Virus record (IMG/VR): IMGVR_UViG_3300025518_000025
Coordinates: 1 to 50,377 of that record
Direction: 5' to 3' (one strand)
DNA from: a virus
Taxonomy: Duplodnaviria; Caudoviricetes
DNA: 50,377 nt
Below are positions 28,161 through 37,220 of this stretch, piece after piece. A program made the translations under genes and the position numbers. Position 1 is the first letter of the stretch, and each line of letters starts with the position of its first letter. The notes under the pieces were generated by a model, which saw only the letters and a program-made list of their open reading frames with translations, made no database searches and was not told the origin of the DNA.

Positions 28161-28308
28161 AAGCATAAAACACATCACCATTTTGCATCAGGATTTTATT
28201 TCCTTGTATTGCAACTACGTTGGTTGTAACCTCGATACTACCTTTAAACAAAATATCTTTTGTGTAGGTAAATGCTTGTCCAACTTTGTAGTCTTTTTTT
28301 AGTAACAT
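28156..28308 (-). CDS. Small protein, 50 aa (not in the ORF track)
   Basis: Hand translation MLLKKDYKVGQAFTYTKDILFKGSIEVTTNVVAIQGNKILMQNGDVFYAL. Confidence 0.65.
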   Translation of the reverse strand: MLLKKDYKVGQAFTYTKDILFKGSIEVTTNVVAIQGNKILMQNGDVFYAL

Positions 28309-28320
28309 ATTTTTACGTCA

Positions 28321-29805
28321 TTATAACAGAGCAATATTGGGTTGATTATTCAACTCTTCCAAGTCTTCACCTAAGTTTAACTCGGGATAATTATCTTTTA
28401 TTTTCTTTGGATCTCCTTTGTAGAATACCAATACATTTTGATGCATTTTACCAACTTTTCTTCCATTGTTAAATTGTCGTCTTACTCTAATGGCTAAACT
28501 ACCAACTACGTTTACTAAAATAATTTCATTGTAATACTTTGCTCCAGCTTCTTCAAAAGCTTTAATAGTATCACTCACAAAGTTGATGTAAAAGCCGTTT
28601 TTATCGCGAACATCACCTACAACAAAACAAGCAAAACGGTCATCTTTTAGTTGCTCAATAGATTTTTTAACGATGCTGAAATAAGCTGTTTTAAAATCTT
28701 CATAGGTCATATTTGATAAATCCTTTGGATCATCGCTGTATTTTTCTAAATAAGCATAAGGCGGACAGCTGTAAACAAAGTCAACTTCATCAACAAATAT
28801 CTTATCTAAAACCTCATTACTATCTCCATCAAACCAATCAACACCTCTAATTTGTAAAAGTTCCGCTTGTTTTCGGTTGGCTTCTACCTGGTCCAAACGT
28901 AAATCGATTCCTTTGTATTTATAACCTAAAACACCTGCAACAATTCCACGAACGGAACCGCCAGCAAACGGGTCTAAAATACGACCACCTTCAGGGCAAA
29001 ACCATTTGTATGACAACTCGCATAAAACAGGATCAAAAATACTAGCACCTTCATAAACGTGCATTCCTTTTTTCTTTGCGTATTCTAAAATCTCATCCCA
29101 TTCAGGATCACGTCCTAAACTTTCACGCATTTTATTGCGCAGTTCGTAAATAGCGGTGCTTTGTCCGCTTTTTGCAATCAACTCGACATCTTCTCTTGTT
29201 TCTTGAGAATTAAACCCAAGCGACAACCATTTACGCTTTCGCTCTTGCCAAACTCCTGAACGCGTGTCTAAAATTGAAAACGGTGGAAAGATGAAACTGT
29301 CTTTTAGTGATGAAGGAATGATAGGTTCGCTATTGTTTTCACCCTTATTTAAAAGGCCTTCAAATTCAATTACATCAAAATCCTGAATATTCATAATGGA
29401 TTGTAAATCTGGAAAGTCTAATTGGAAGTTATTTACAAAGTCTAACAATCCCTGCTGGGTTATTTTTGCGTAAGCAGATGAATATACCAACACCAATTCT
29501 GCTGCTTCTTTCATGTTTTTGCAATCGATAAAAGTTGCTGGCAATAGTTCCGGCACTTCTTTGCCTGTTTCAATTACTTTTTCTAAATCTAAAAAACGAT
29601 GTCTGCCATCTAAGCAGTAAATAATACCTTGGTGTTCCCAAACCTTAAACGGATCTATAAACTGATATTTTAAAATGGATTCGATTAGCTTTTCAGAGCC
29701 GTTGTTAACCCATTCTTTGAAGTTTTCTTGCTGAATGAATTGAAGCTCGCGCCAATTTATCAACGTTGTTTTTAATACTCTTGATGCGATTGGTGCTTCT
29801 TGCAT
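28321..29805 (-). CDS. ParB-like N-terminal domain fused to an N4/N6 DNA methyltransferase
   Basis: LDGRHR in the N-terminal domain; SAM motif ILDPFAGGS; catalytic SCPPY. Confidence 0.85.
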   Translation of the reverse strand: MQEAPIASRVLKTTLINWRELQFIQQENFKEWVNNGSEKLIESILKYQFIDPFKVWEHQGIIYCLDGRHRFLDLEKVIETGKEVPELLPATFIDCKNMKEAAELVLVYSSAYAKITQQGLLDFVNNFQLDFPDLQSIMNIQDFDVIEFEGLLNKGENNSEPIIPSSLKDSFIFPPFSILDTRSGVWQERKRKWLSLGFNSQETREDVELIAKSGQSTAIYELRNKMRESLGRDPEWDEILEYAKKKGMHVYEGASIFDPVLCELSYKWFCPEGGRILDPFAGGSVRGIVAGVLGYKYKGIDLRLDQVEANRKQAELLQIRGVDWFDGDSNEVLDKIFVDEVDFVYSCPPYAYLEKYSDDPKDLSNMTYEDFKTAYFSIVKKSIEQLKDDRFACFVVGDVRDKNGFYINFVSDTIKAFEEAGAKYYNEIILVNVVGSLAIRVRRQFNNGRKVGKMHQNVLVFYKGDPKKIKDNYPELNLGEDLEELNNQPNIALL

Positions 29806-29841
29806 TGGTTAAAAAAGGTTTTATTTGGTAATATCTTGAAA

Positions 29842-29849
29842 CAAATGTA
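29842..29849 (-). promoter_or_regulatory. -7 element, probable start of the packaging/late transcript
   Basis: TACATTTG, 36 nt upstream of the ATG at 29805. Confidence 0.6.
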
Positions 29850-30056
29850 CATAATTTGCTATTATCTTGCATATTATGTTAGTCTTATTTTATTAATATG
29901 TTGATTTACAGTGTTTTCAGATTTTATAAAATTTATGTTATTTATTGGTTATAATGCCAGTTATAAAAATTAGTTCTCATTTATAGTTCTAAATTGGAAA
30001 GCTAGCGTGTAAATTATGCGTTTACTATTCAATTTAGGTTGATTTTAAGGTCGTTT

Positions 30057-30416
30057 TTAATGTTTTTTAGGGTAATTACTTGGATTTTCTATAATATTAA
30101 CATCTAAGTAAAAGTCTGCAAAAATGTGAATCGTATAAACTACCCTGTTATTAGGATTGTCTGCACTTCGTGTGGTTGGAAACTGAAGCTTTTTATCTGG
30201 ATCAGTTAAGCAACTTTCTAACGCTTTTATCATTTCATTAATTGGAGCTGCATTTTCTATCCAGGGCATAGCCATAATATCCATATCAGAATTTAAGCTG
30301 CCATGTAAACCTAATGCCCACCCTTTATCAAGTGCGGCTTGTCTAAAGTCATTCCACATTGCAGCATAAAAAACGGCTCTTCCATTGGTAACCACGTATT
30401 CTCTATTTTTAGCCAT
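30057..30416 (-). CDS. Hypothetical protein with a minimal nucleotidyltransferase-like motif
   Basis: LGLHGSLNSDMDIMAMPW (GS..DxD). Confidence 0.5.
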   Translation of the reverse strand: MAKNREYVVTNGRAVFYAAMWNDFRQAALDKGWALGLHGSLNSDMDIMAMPWIENAAPINEMIKALESCLTDPDKKLQFPTTRSADNPNNRVVYTIHIFADFYLDVNIIENPSNYPKKH

Positions 30417-30833
30417 TTAATTGATAGTTTTTTTTATAGGGAAGAGACTGTTTTTTTCAAAATAAAATATAATAGGATTTGGTGTTTCTTTTACTTGACC
30501 ATATTTAAGCGCAAAACGATAATTTCTACTATATTTTTTAGCTCTCTTTAATTGGTCTTCTAGTTCTTGTCTAAATACTCGTAAACTAAAAGTGTCTTTT
30601 GCTTTATTGCAAATTGAGCAACTTGGATTTAAATTGTCGATATGATTTACATCATTTTCATTTAAATGATTCAAAAACTCTGGAATATCTCTTTTGTTTT
30701 TTATACACCAATTAAAATTGCTTTGAGGAATAATATGATCTATTTGCATTTTAATAAGCTTATCACCACAATAAGCACAATAACCATTATATTTATTAAA
30801 AACAACTTCTCTTATGCGTTTATCCAAAGCCAT
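30417..30833 (-). CDS. HNH endonuclease
   Basis: CAYCG..MQIDHIIP..NLNPSCSICN. Confidence 0.9.
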   Translation of the reverse strand: MALDKRIREVVFNKYNGYCAYCGDKLIKMQIDHIIPQSNFNWCIKNKRDIPEFLNHLNENDVNHIDNLNPSCSICNKAKDTFSLRVFRQELEDQLKRAKKYSRNYRFALKYGQVKETPNPIIFYFEKNSLFPIKKTIN

Positions 30834-30843
30834 TGTTCAATTG

Positions 30844-31200
30844 TTATTTATTGATTTCTTCTAATTCTAATTCTTTTCCTGTTAAAACAAAGTATAAGTT
30901 TTGAAGTTGATGAACGCTATTAATTTTAACATCTATTCCATTTTCAAAACCATTATAAACTTTTAATATTTCAACTCCGTCTTTTTGATAAATTATCATT
31001 TCATCCCAACCTGTATTCTTCTCAAAACCTAATTTCAATAACCATTCTTCTGTTAGTGGAATACCATTCATTGATTTATAATTAGAGTAACAATCAATAT
31101 TGTAATATAAAATATTAATGCCTAATGCTGTTATTTTTACAGGATGTCCGTTGTTATTATATTCAACTAAATTTCCGATACGTAACTCTTTTGGATCCAT
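30844..31200 (-). CDS. Conserved phage hypothetical protein
   Basis: ELRIGN..IPLTEEWLLKLGF..VHQLQNLYF pattern. Confidence 0.7.
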   Translation of the reverse strand: MDPKELRIGNLVEYNNNGHPVKITALGINILYYNIDCYSNYKSMNGIPLTEEWLLKLGFEKNTGWDEMIIYQKDGVEILKVYNGFENGIDVKINSVHQLQNLYFVLTGKELELEEINK

Positions 31201-31439
31201 TACTCAATTATTTCGTTTTTAAAAGCGGCTAAACGCATTGGATGCATTTGGCTGTTTCCAATTTGTTGTTTATACCAAATTTGTTTGGTTCGAACAATTT
31301 CTTTTATTTCTTCATCGGTAAATTCAAAACACATATTTACACTTCTATCATTTGATTGATATTGCACATGTACGGTGTTAAATTCTACTTGATGTTCTGC
31401 TATTTTGTTTGTTACTTCAGGAAATTCTACTGATTTCAT
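31200..31439 (-). CDS. Hypothetical protein
   Basis: Coupled ORF in the operon. Confidence 0.65.
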   Translation of the reverse strand: MKSVEFPEVTNKIAEHQVEFNTVHVQYQSNDRSVNMCFEFTDEEIKEIVRTKQIWYKQQIGNSQMHPMRLAAFKNEIIE

Positions 31440-31448
31440 ATAAATAAT

Positions 31449-31826
31449 TTAATCTTTATTCTCTTGTCTGTCTTTAGGAGGCATTTCTTCCAATCTAATT
31501 GCTTTAATAGTGGTTTTACCTTCTAAAATTGCTTTACATACCCTGTGCAAACCATCACAAATAACACCTTCATTATCTAAAATAATGGGATGGTCTATGT
31601 TGGTGTGTCTTAACCTGTCTACATGATGTATAAAATCAGCAAGGTTGCCAATATTCCAAGCTGGTCTGTTTAAGTTTATGCCAATCAATGGTAAATCAAA
31701 TTGTTTATACTTTTTAGATTGCTCTATTAATTTTAAGGCAGAATAGATATTTCCATGTTGATCTTCGTATTCATTCTCGATTAATACAACTTTTTCAATT
31801 TTTACTTTTGGTAAATTATCGCTCAT
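31449..31826 (-). CDS. Stand-alone ParB/sulfiredoxin-like domain protein
   Basis: HPIILDNEGVICDGLHRVCKA. Confidence 0.7.
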   Translation of the reverse strand: MSDNLPKVKIEKVVLIENEYEDQHGNIYSALKLIEQSKKYKQFDLPLIGINLNRPAWNIGNLADFIHHVDRLRHTNIDHPIILDNEGVICDGLHRVCKAILEGKTTIKAIRLEEMPPKDRQENKD

Positions 31827-31839
31827 ACTGAAATTACTT

Positions 31840-32265
31840 TTACCGTTTTTTGAAATTATGAATCAGCATATAAGCATCTCTGGCGTGTTCGCTTGTTACC
31901 GATGTAATACCTGTAATTTTTTGAAACATTTCTTTATTTAATTTAGTGGCTCCTTTAACGGGATGTAGCATTTCAAATGTTATTTTGTTTTCTGAAAGCT
32001 TATTGATTTCTGTTAAGAAATCTTCCCATATAGAACAATCTCTTTTTACTGATCCAGCTCCTTGTTGTTTTTCTTGAGAGCGTGGACCAAACCATTTTCT
32101 TTTACGTGCATCTTCTACTCTAATATGCACCTCCAAATCTTTGTTTAATAGGTCTATAATAAAGTTTATAGCATTATGTATGGCAATTGTTTTAGCCATT
32201 TTTTGCGTTCCATTAATAAAGCCAATACCCGTTTTAACTCCTGGATCAATACCGATGTAAACCAA
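31840..32265 (-). CDS. RuvC-like Holliday junction resolvase
   Basis: YIGIDPGVKTG, VED and HARDA acidic motifs; TTG start. Confidence 0.75.
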   Translation of the reverse strand: MVYIGIDPGVKTGIGFINGTQKMAKTIAIHNAINFIIDLLNKDLEVHIRVEDARKRKWFGPRSQEKQQGAGSVKRDCSIWEDFLTEINKLSENKITFEMLHPVKGATKLNKEMFQKITGITSVTSEHARDAYMLIHNFKKR

Positions 32266-32336
32266 TGCGTTGAAAAATTTAAAGAAATAGTGTGCCTAAG
32301 GTTTTCTTAGGACTTTTGAAGTATCTATAACAAGCT

Positions 32337-32344
32337 CAAATATA
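32337..32344 (-). promoter_or_regulatory. -7 promoter element
   Basis: TATATTTG in the intergenic gap upstream of the resolvase. Confidence 0.5.
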
Positions 32345-32421
32345 GTTATTTCTATTGAATTTGAAGCTGTTTTTTGTGGTTAAATATGGGTGAAAAAACA
32401 ATTTATTTTTAAAAAAACCAC

Positions 32422-32479
32422 AACGGCTAACGTGTGCTAAAATGGCATTGAAACGCCTTTTAGCTTGTTGTTAGCCGTT
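32422..32479 (-). other. attC-like imperfect inverted repeat
   Basis: AACGGCTAAC-AACAA-GCTAAAAGGC..GCCATTTTAGC-ACAC-GTTAGCCGTT; the stop codon of the upstream ORF lies in GGCTAAC. Confidence 0.55.
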
Positions 32480-32692
32480 ATTTTGTTCCAATGTGTTTTT
32501 AATGCTATCTTCAAAATAACTATCTCGTATCATTCCTAAGTAATTTTTATTCTCATCAAAAACCTTTCTTGCATAATCCAATCTTCCATCCATTACATAA
32601 AATGATTCGGTTACGTAAATGATATCTCCTTCTAGGAATACCTTATTAAGCAATTCTATGTTACGTTTTGCTTTGTAATTTATTATTGTCAT
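32471..32692 (-). CDS. Hypothetical protein
   Basis: 73-aa ORF ending in the attC-like site. Confidence 0.65.
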   Translation of the reverse strand: MTIINYKAKRNIELLNKVFLEGDIIYVTESFYVMDGRLDYARKVFDENKNYLGMIRDSYFEDSIKNTLEQNNG

Positions 32693-32694
32693 AT

Positions 32695-32901
32695 CTATCT
32701 ATGGTATTTTGATTTATTATTATATAAAAACTTATTATCTATAACTTTAGTTTCTAAATGCAGATGAGCAGTATTGGTAATAAGAAAAGGTTCTGGTAAG
32801 AAAGGTTTTATTAAGCGTTTTTTAATCTCTTCAATTCTTTCTTGTTCTAACTCTTGCAATCTCATTAACATCGCATATATCCTTAATTTTTGTACTAGCA
32901 T
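32695..32901 (-). CDS. Hypothetical protein
   Basis: ORF in the operon. Confidence 0.6.
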   Translation of the reverse strand: MLVQKLRIYAMLMRLQELEQERIEEIKKRLIKPFLPEPFLITNTAHLHLETKVIDNKFLYNNKSKYHR

Positions 32902-32936
32902 TTTTCTATTGCTTATTTTTTTAAGTAATTAATTTA

Positions 32937-33272
32937 CTATTTAATTGGTTTTTTACATTCAATGCAAATACCAATGTGTTTTTCAAATAAATCAAGTTTC
33001 TTACCACACTCACAAACCAATTTTACGTTTTGATCAGTTTTTTCACTCGTATTTGCAAGTATAATATCAGAGTGATTAAAGCAAAAACTTATAAATTCTG
33101 CGTGTTTAAGTGCTTCTGCTTTTTGTATTTCAGTACAGGACTTACTGTTTGCTATTTCTATATAAGGCACTCTGGCAATCTTATATTTACCACCAAGTTT
33201 TGTCCCTATAATATTCCAAGCGGTTTTACTTTCGCTGTGTTTAATTTGTACTTTAATGTTTGGATTTTCCAT
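32937..33272 (-). CDS. Hypothetical protein with a C-terminal zinc ribbon
   Basis: CECG...CIEC. Confidence 0.65.
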   Translation of the reverse strand: MENPNIKVQIKHSESKTAWNIIGTKLGGKYKIARVPYIEIANSKSCTEIQKAEALKHAEFISFCFNHSDIILANTSEKTDQNVKLVCECGKKLDLFEKHIGICIECKKPIK

Positions 33273-33278
33273 AAGGCA

Positions 33279-33404
33279 TCATTTTAGATTTTTAATCATT
33301 AGAACAAATCCAACAATAGTATAGACAACTATTAATACCGTTGCTGCTGCAAAAGCATAAGCGGCTATCATAGTGGAGTCTTTAAGTTGTTTTTCTGTTT
33401 TCAT
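33279..33404 (-). CDS. Small single-TM protein, 41 aa (not in the ORF track)
   Basis: Hand translation MKTEKQLKDSTMIAAYAFAAATVLIVVYTIVGFVLMIKNLK. Confidence 0.55.
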   Translation of the reverse strand: MKTEKQLKDSTMIAAYAFAAATVLIVVYTIVGFVLMIKNLK

Positions 33405-33425
33405 CTGTTTATTTTTTTTGGTTTT

Positions 33426-34202
33426 TTATTTTAAGTTCAATGAAACCTGGTTAGTAGAATAATTTGTTATTAATATTTCGTTTCTGCGGTTATTTATGTT
33501 TCTGCGTTCTGTTAGAAATATTACATTCATTTTATAATCTGCTGCTAATTGTAAAACTTTTTCGTTATCAAATTCACTCATTGCAGAAGGAATACCAGAA
33601 GTAGCTATTATTTTAAAACAATCCTCTGTATCTTTCACGCTCCATTTAGGTACTTTGTAAAAATGTGTTGTGTCTAGATAAATCGGATCCATATAGATAA
33701 AGCATTCCTCTTTTCTTAATAGTGTTTCGCTGAAATTAATTTTATTAACAACCTCTCTAAAATCACTATTCATAAGCGTAGCATCTTGCAACCATAGAAA
33801 AGTTGGTTCTATATTTTTAATGATATTTTTTTTAACATTTTCTAAACCAAACCTTAATGTATCGCCTTTCCCTAGGTATGTGAAATTTGATAAAAGCAAA
33901 AACCTAATTGCTTTCGTTAAAGGATCTAATTCAATATTTTTTTTCCAATCTTTAACTAAACTTTCTGTAATAGGCATTAGCTTAATTTGATGAATTAATT
34001 GCTCTTTCTGATTAAGAATTATTTTATATAAGTTATAAACATCATCGTCCAGATCATTTAGAATTGCATATTTCGGTTTTGGTAAATAAAAGTAACTACC
34101 GCCTGCGCCAAAAAATAATTCAATTCTCATTTTGTGCGGCGGGAAGTGTTTATATAATTGATCTTTCATTTTTCGTTTATTTCCTAGTCTAGTTAAAATC
34201 AT
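33426..34202 (-). CDS. D12-class (Dam-like) DNA adenine methyltransferase
   Basis: GNKRK, ELFFGAG, ILNDLD and YMDPIY (DPPY variant). Confidence 0.85.
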   Translation of the reverse strand: MILTRLGNKRKMKDQLYKHFPPHKMRIELFFGAGGSYFYLPKPKYAILNDLDDDVYNLYKIILNQKEQLIHQIKLMPITESLVKDWKKNIELDPLTKAIRFLLLSNFTYLGKGDTLRFGLENVKKNIIKNIEPTFLWLQDATLMNSDFREVVNKINFSETLLRKEECFIYMDPIYLDTTHFYKVPKWSVKDTEDCFKIIATSGIPSAMSEFDNEKVLQLAADYKMNVIFLTERRNINNRRNEILITNYSTNQVSLNLK

Positions 34203-34206
34203 TTCT

Positions 34207-34407
34207 CTATTGGTTTAACAATTCTTCTACAATGGCCTTATAAATGGGTCGTGGATTAAAGTTTTCTAGCCACCAGTCTTTTCCTCTGTTTTTAGCAACG
34301 GTATAATGGTGTTCTATTTCAGTTAGTTGGTGTTTGGTTCTAAGGTTGTTCTGTTGCACTTTATCTAGTTTTAAATAAGCTGCAGTATTAAGAATGGCAT
34401 TTCTCAT
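34207..34407 (-). CDS. Hypothetical protein
   Basis: ORF in the operon. Confidence 0.6.
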   Translation of the reverse strand: MRNAILNTAAYLKLDKVQQNNLRTKHQLTEIEHHYTVAKNRGKDWWLENFNPRPIYKAIVEELLNQ

Positions 34408-34529
34408 AAATTTGGAGTTTTTCCTATTATTTTAAAAAAAGTGATGCTTAACGCAAATGCGATAGTTATGATGTTAATTAGTACTAATAACAACATCAAT
34501 GAAGGTTTAGGTAGGTTAGTTTTTTTCAT
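34404..34529 (-). CDS. Small single-TM protein, 41 aa (not in the ORF track)
   Basis: Hand translation MKKTNLPKPSLMLLLVLINIITIAFALSITFFKIIGKTPNL; ATGA-coupled at both ends. Confidence 0.6.
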   Translation of the reverse strand: MKKTNLPKPSLMLLLVLINIITIAFALSITFFKIIGKTPNL

Positions 34530-34789
34530 TGTTTTGGTTTAATAATTTCTGTTATTTTTAAGCTAAGGATGCAGTAGTTTTTTTCTATACCTAATACACC
34601 ACCAGTCAGAATATAAGATACATAGGCATGTATTTCTTTAGCGGTGTAGTTGGTTCCGTCAAATTCTTGTAATATGAGTTTGTCGCCTCGCTGAAAGTCT
34701 CTATCATTTAAACGAATTTCAAAAGATTTGTTTCCTGCTGCTGTGGCATGAAAATACTCTGGTAATATTTTAAGTTTATGTGTTTTCAT
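34526..34789 (-). CDS. ASCH/PUA-like (DUF3850) protein
   Basis: HKLKILPEYF..GNKSFEIRLNDRDFQRGD. Confidence 0.88.
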   Translation of the reverse strand: MKTHKLKILPEYFHATAAGNKSFEIRLNDRDFQRGDKLILQEFDGTNYTAKEIHAYVSYILTGGVLGIEKNYCILSLKITEIIKPKQ

Positions 34790-34792
34790 GGG

Positions 34793-35026
34793 TTACATTA
34801 ATTTAATTAAGAATTCTAAGGCAAATAATGCTTCTTGTTGTAATTTTTCACCATTAAATTCCACATACTGTAATTTTGCTACATTATTTAAATCGTATTC
34901 GGTAGTTACAGATAGCTCACAGTCGTTTTTTTTAATACTGTGCCAATCATAAGAGAATTCTTCTTCATAAAAACGAGGTTGTTTTTCTACAAATCCTAAT
35001 GCTAAAAGCTGTTTTATACTTATCAT
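34793..35026 (-). CDS. Hypothetical protein
   Basis: Coupled ORF. Confidence 0.6.
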   Translation of the reverse strand: MISIKQLLALGFVEKQPRFYEEEFSYDWHSIKKNDCELSVTTEYDLNNVAKLQYVEFNGEKLQQEALFALEFLIKLM

Positions 35027-35445
35027 TTTTTTAAGGTATTTATTAAATATATTTCTGCTTTCTGTATATTAACCATCGTATTGGCAACGGCACAAATAGA
35101 ACTTGCTTTTTTAATGGTTTCATCGGAAGCATTGTTGTTAATCTCTTTTAAAACATTAATTAAAGATTCTTTTAGTGTAATATTTTCAGCGGTTGGCTGA
35201 TAGCCATTTATAGTTATTTCTGTTTTTTTACTTTTAACTTCCGGTAAGTTTTTAGGCACCTCTTTTAATTCTTTAAAAAATTCCTCCATTTCATGAGGTA
35301 AAAAAGAGTAGGTTAATCCGTCTGTTTTAATTACAATAACGCTTCCTGTAATTTCTTTATACGATTTTATTACTATTTTCTTACCTAAATAAACCTTGGT
35401 TTTTCCAATAAGCTGTTCTAATTGTTGTATGGTATCTTCTGACAT
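35023..35445 (-). CDS. Hypothetical protein
   Basis: Follows the HNH gene; helical C-terminus (KASSICAVANTMVNIQKAE). Confidence 0.6.
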   Translation of the reverse strand: MSEDTIQQLEQLIGKTKVYLGKKIVIKSYKEITGSVIVIKTDGLTYSFLPHEMEEFFKELKEVPKNLPEVKSKKTEITINGYQPTAENITLKESLINVLKEINNNASDETIKKASSICAVANTMVNIQKAEIYLINTLKK

Positions 35446-35455
35446 TTTGTTTGAT

Positions 35456-36274
35456 TTAATGGTTCTTATTTTTATTGATTTTTTTATTGATTTTTGATAT
35501 TAGTCTGATGGTTTTTTTAAGCTCTTCCGGATAACGATGTATGGTGTTTTTAGCTATATGTTCTTTCCTGGTAATTAACTCTAAATTTTCAGGTGCACAA
35601 TTCATGGTGTCGTTATCTACAAACCGTAGGATATACCCTTTTGGAACGGGTCCAAATTTCTGTTCCCAATTATACACTTGCAATTGCACCCATATACCTA
35701 ATTTTACTCTTATGTATTTATGCTTAACGCCTCTTTTATCAGCTCTTATTCTGATGTCTCCATTGCTAATTCCTACTGAATTATGAGGTAGGTTTCCTTT
35801 TTTAAACCTGGTTGCTTTACTATTTTCAATACCTTTTGCAGTCATATACTCGGTTTGCTTTTTTCCTTTATTAGCCGGAATTTGTCCTTTTCTGAACATT
35901 CCCATTTTTTTACGTTCATCTGCTAATTGTTGAGGTATTGTTAAATTCATTCTTTCTAAAGCTCCTGTAATACCGCTTCCACTTCTTCCAATGATGTTAG
36001 CCATGGTTTTAACCGGTATTTTTAAGTAATTTTCTTTTATAAAAGCATCTTCTTCTTTTGTAAAATTGGTAGTTCCTTTAGTGGCTTTTAAAAAGGCGTT
36101 AAGTCTAAATTTTATTTTAAGTTCTGCCGGTATTACTAAATTTTCATTTTTCTGAAATCGATATACAACTCCTTTTTCAATTCCGAATTTTTTAGCAATA
36201 GAAACGCCGCTTTGCTTTAAATAATTAGCTTTTATATACGCTGCTATTTCTGGTGTTATGACTATTTTTGGCAT
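35456..36274 (-). CDS. HTH/NUMOD-like repeats plus an HNH_3-type endonuclease domain
   Basis: FRKGQIPANKG, TRFKKGNLPHN and GPVPKGYILRFVDNDTMNCAPENL. Confidence 0.8.
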   Translation of the reverse strand: MPKIVITPEIAAYIKANYLKQSGVSIAKKFGIEKGVVYRFQKNENLVIPAELKIKFRLNAFLKATKGTTNFTKEEDAFIKENYLKIPVKTMANIIGRSGSGITGALERMNLTIPQQLADERKKMGMFRKGQIPANKGKKQTEYMTAKGIENSKATRFKKGNLPHNSVGISNGDIRIRADKRGVKHKYIRVKLGIWVQLQVYNWEQKFGPVPKGYILRFVDNDTMNCAPENLELITRKEHIAKNTIHRYPEELKKTIRLISKINKKINKNKNH

Positions 36275-36510
36275 GGCTTAAAATTTAGTTCACTTTCTTT
36301 TTGAATGATGTAATCTGTTGTTGGTTGTAAAAAATCGGCCACATTCATGTTTTTTATTTTTTCTAACCGTACCAAGGTCCGTTGCATTTCTTTAATCAGT
36401 TTACATTGGTCTTTAAAGTTTAGTTCTTCATCTCCTAAAAAATCGTAGTACAGATGATACTGGTTTAGTAACTCATTGTATTTTTCCTGGTATGTTTGTA
36501 CTACTTCCAT
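36262..36510 (-). CDS. Hypothetical protein
   Basis: Coupled ORF. Confidence 0.6.
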   Translation of the reverse strand: MEVVQTYQEKYNELLNQYHLYYDFLGDEELNFKDQCKLIKEMQRTLVRLEKIKNMNVADFLQPTTDYIIQKESELNFKPCQK

Positions 36511-36512
36511 GG

Positions 36513-37220
36513 TTACATTCTAAAACTTACACCTTCCCACTTAATGATATTGAACATCTCCGGCAAACGATCGCCAATGCGCTCTTTATAGCGTTCTGTA
36601 ATTTCAGAAGGTTTTAAATTGGTGGTTACGTAGGTTATTGCCTGGTTTCTATTGCGCTCAAATAACACCTCTCCCATCAATTCAAAGCTTAAAAAGGCTA
36701 ATTTTTCAAAGCCTAAATCATCGATATAAAGCTTTCCGGTGTAATAGTTTTTAATTTCAAAATTGGTTTGATTACTTTTAACAGCGTTCATGTATTCATC
36801 TACAAAAGAACCGGTACTGATGCTTTTGAAATAAAAAGCGTTGTTGTTATAATCTAAGGAGATTCTTTTTCCTATTTCCTGCAATACTTTAAATAAAAAC
36901 GATTTCCCAACGCCATAATCACCATAAATCAACAATCCTTTATCTAAACTTGCTTTGTTTTTTATTAAACCGTATTGATTAAAATTTTCAAGTTTTAAGA
37001 AATAACCTAAGATTGTATAGATAATTTTATCATTTCTTTGGTCGATGATGAATTGATCATCCCGATGTTTTTTTATTTTTTCGAATTCAGTTTTACTGAT
37101 TTCTAAAAATAAATTCCAAAACAAATTTTTATTAAATTTTTGCATTTCTTTAGGTTGATTTTTAATTACAGTTTCCCAATTTTTTAAATGATTGACTATT
37201 GGTGTTGCTATGCTAATCAT
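36513..37220 (-). CDS. DnaC/IstB-like ATPase (helicase loader)
   Basis: Walker A GDYGVGKS, YIDDLG, TTNL and RIGDRL. Confidence 0.88.
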   Translation of the reverse strand: MISIATPIVNHLKNWETVIKNQPKEMQKFNKNLFWNLFLEISKTEFEKIKKHRDDQFIIDQRNDKIIYTILGYFLKLENFNQYGLIKNKASLDKGLLIYGDYGVGKSFLFKVLQEIGKRISLDYNNNAFYFKSISTGSFVDEYMNAVKSNQTNFEIKNYYTGKLYIDDLGFEKLAFLSFELMGEVLFERNRNQAITYVTTNLKPSEITERYKERIGDRLPEMFNIIKWEGVSFRM

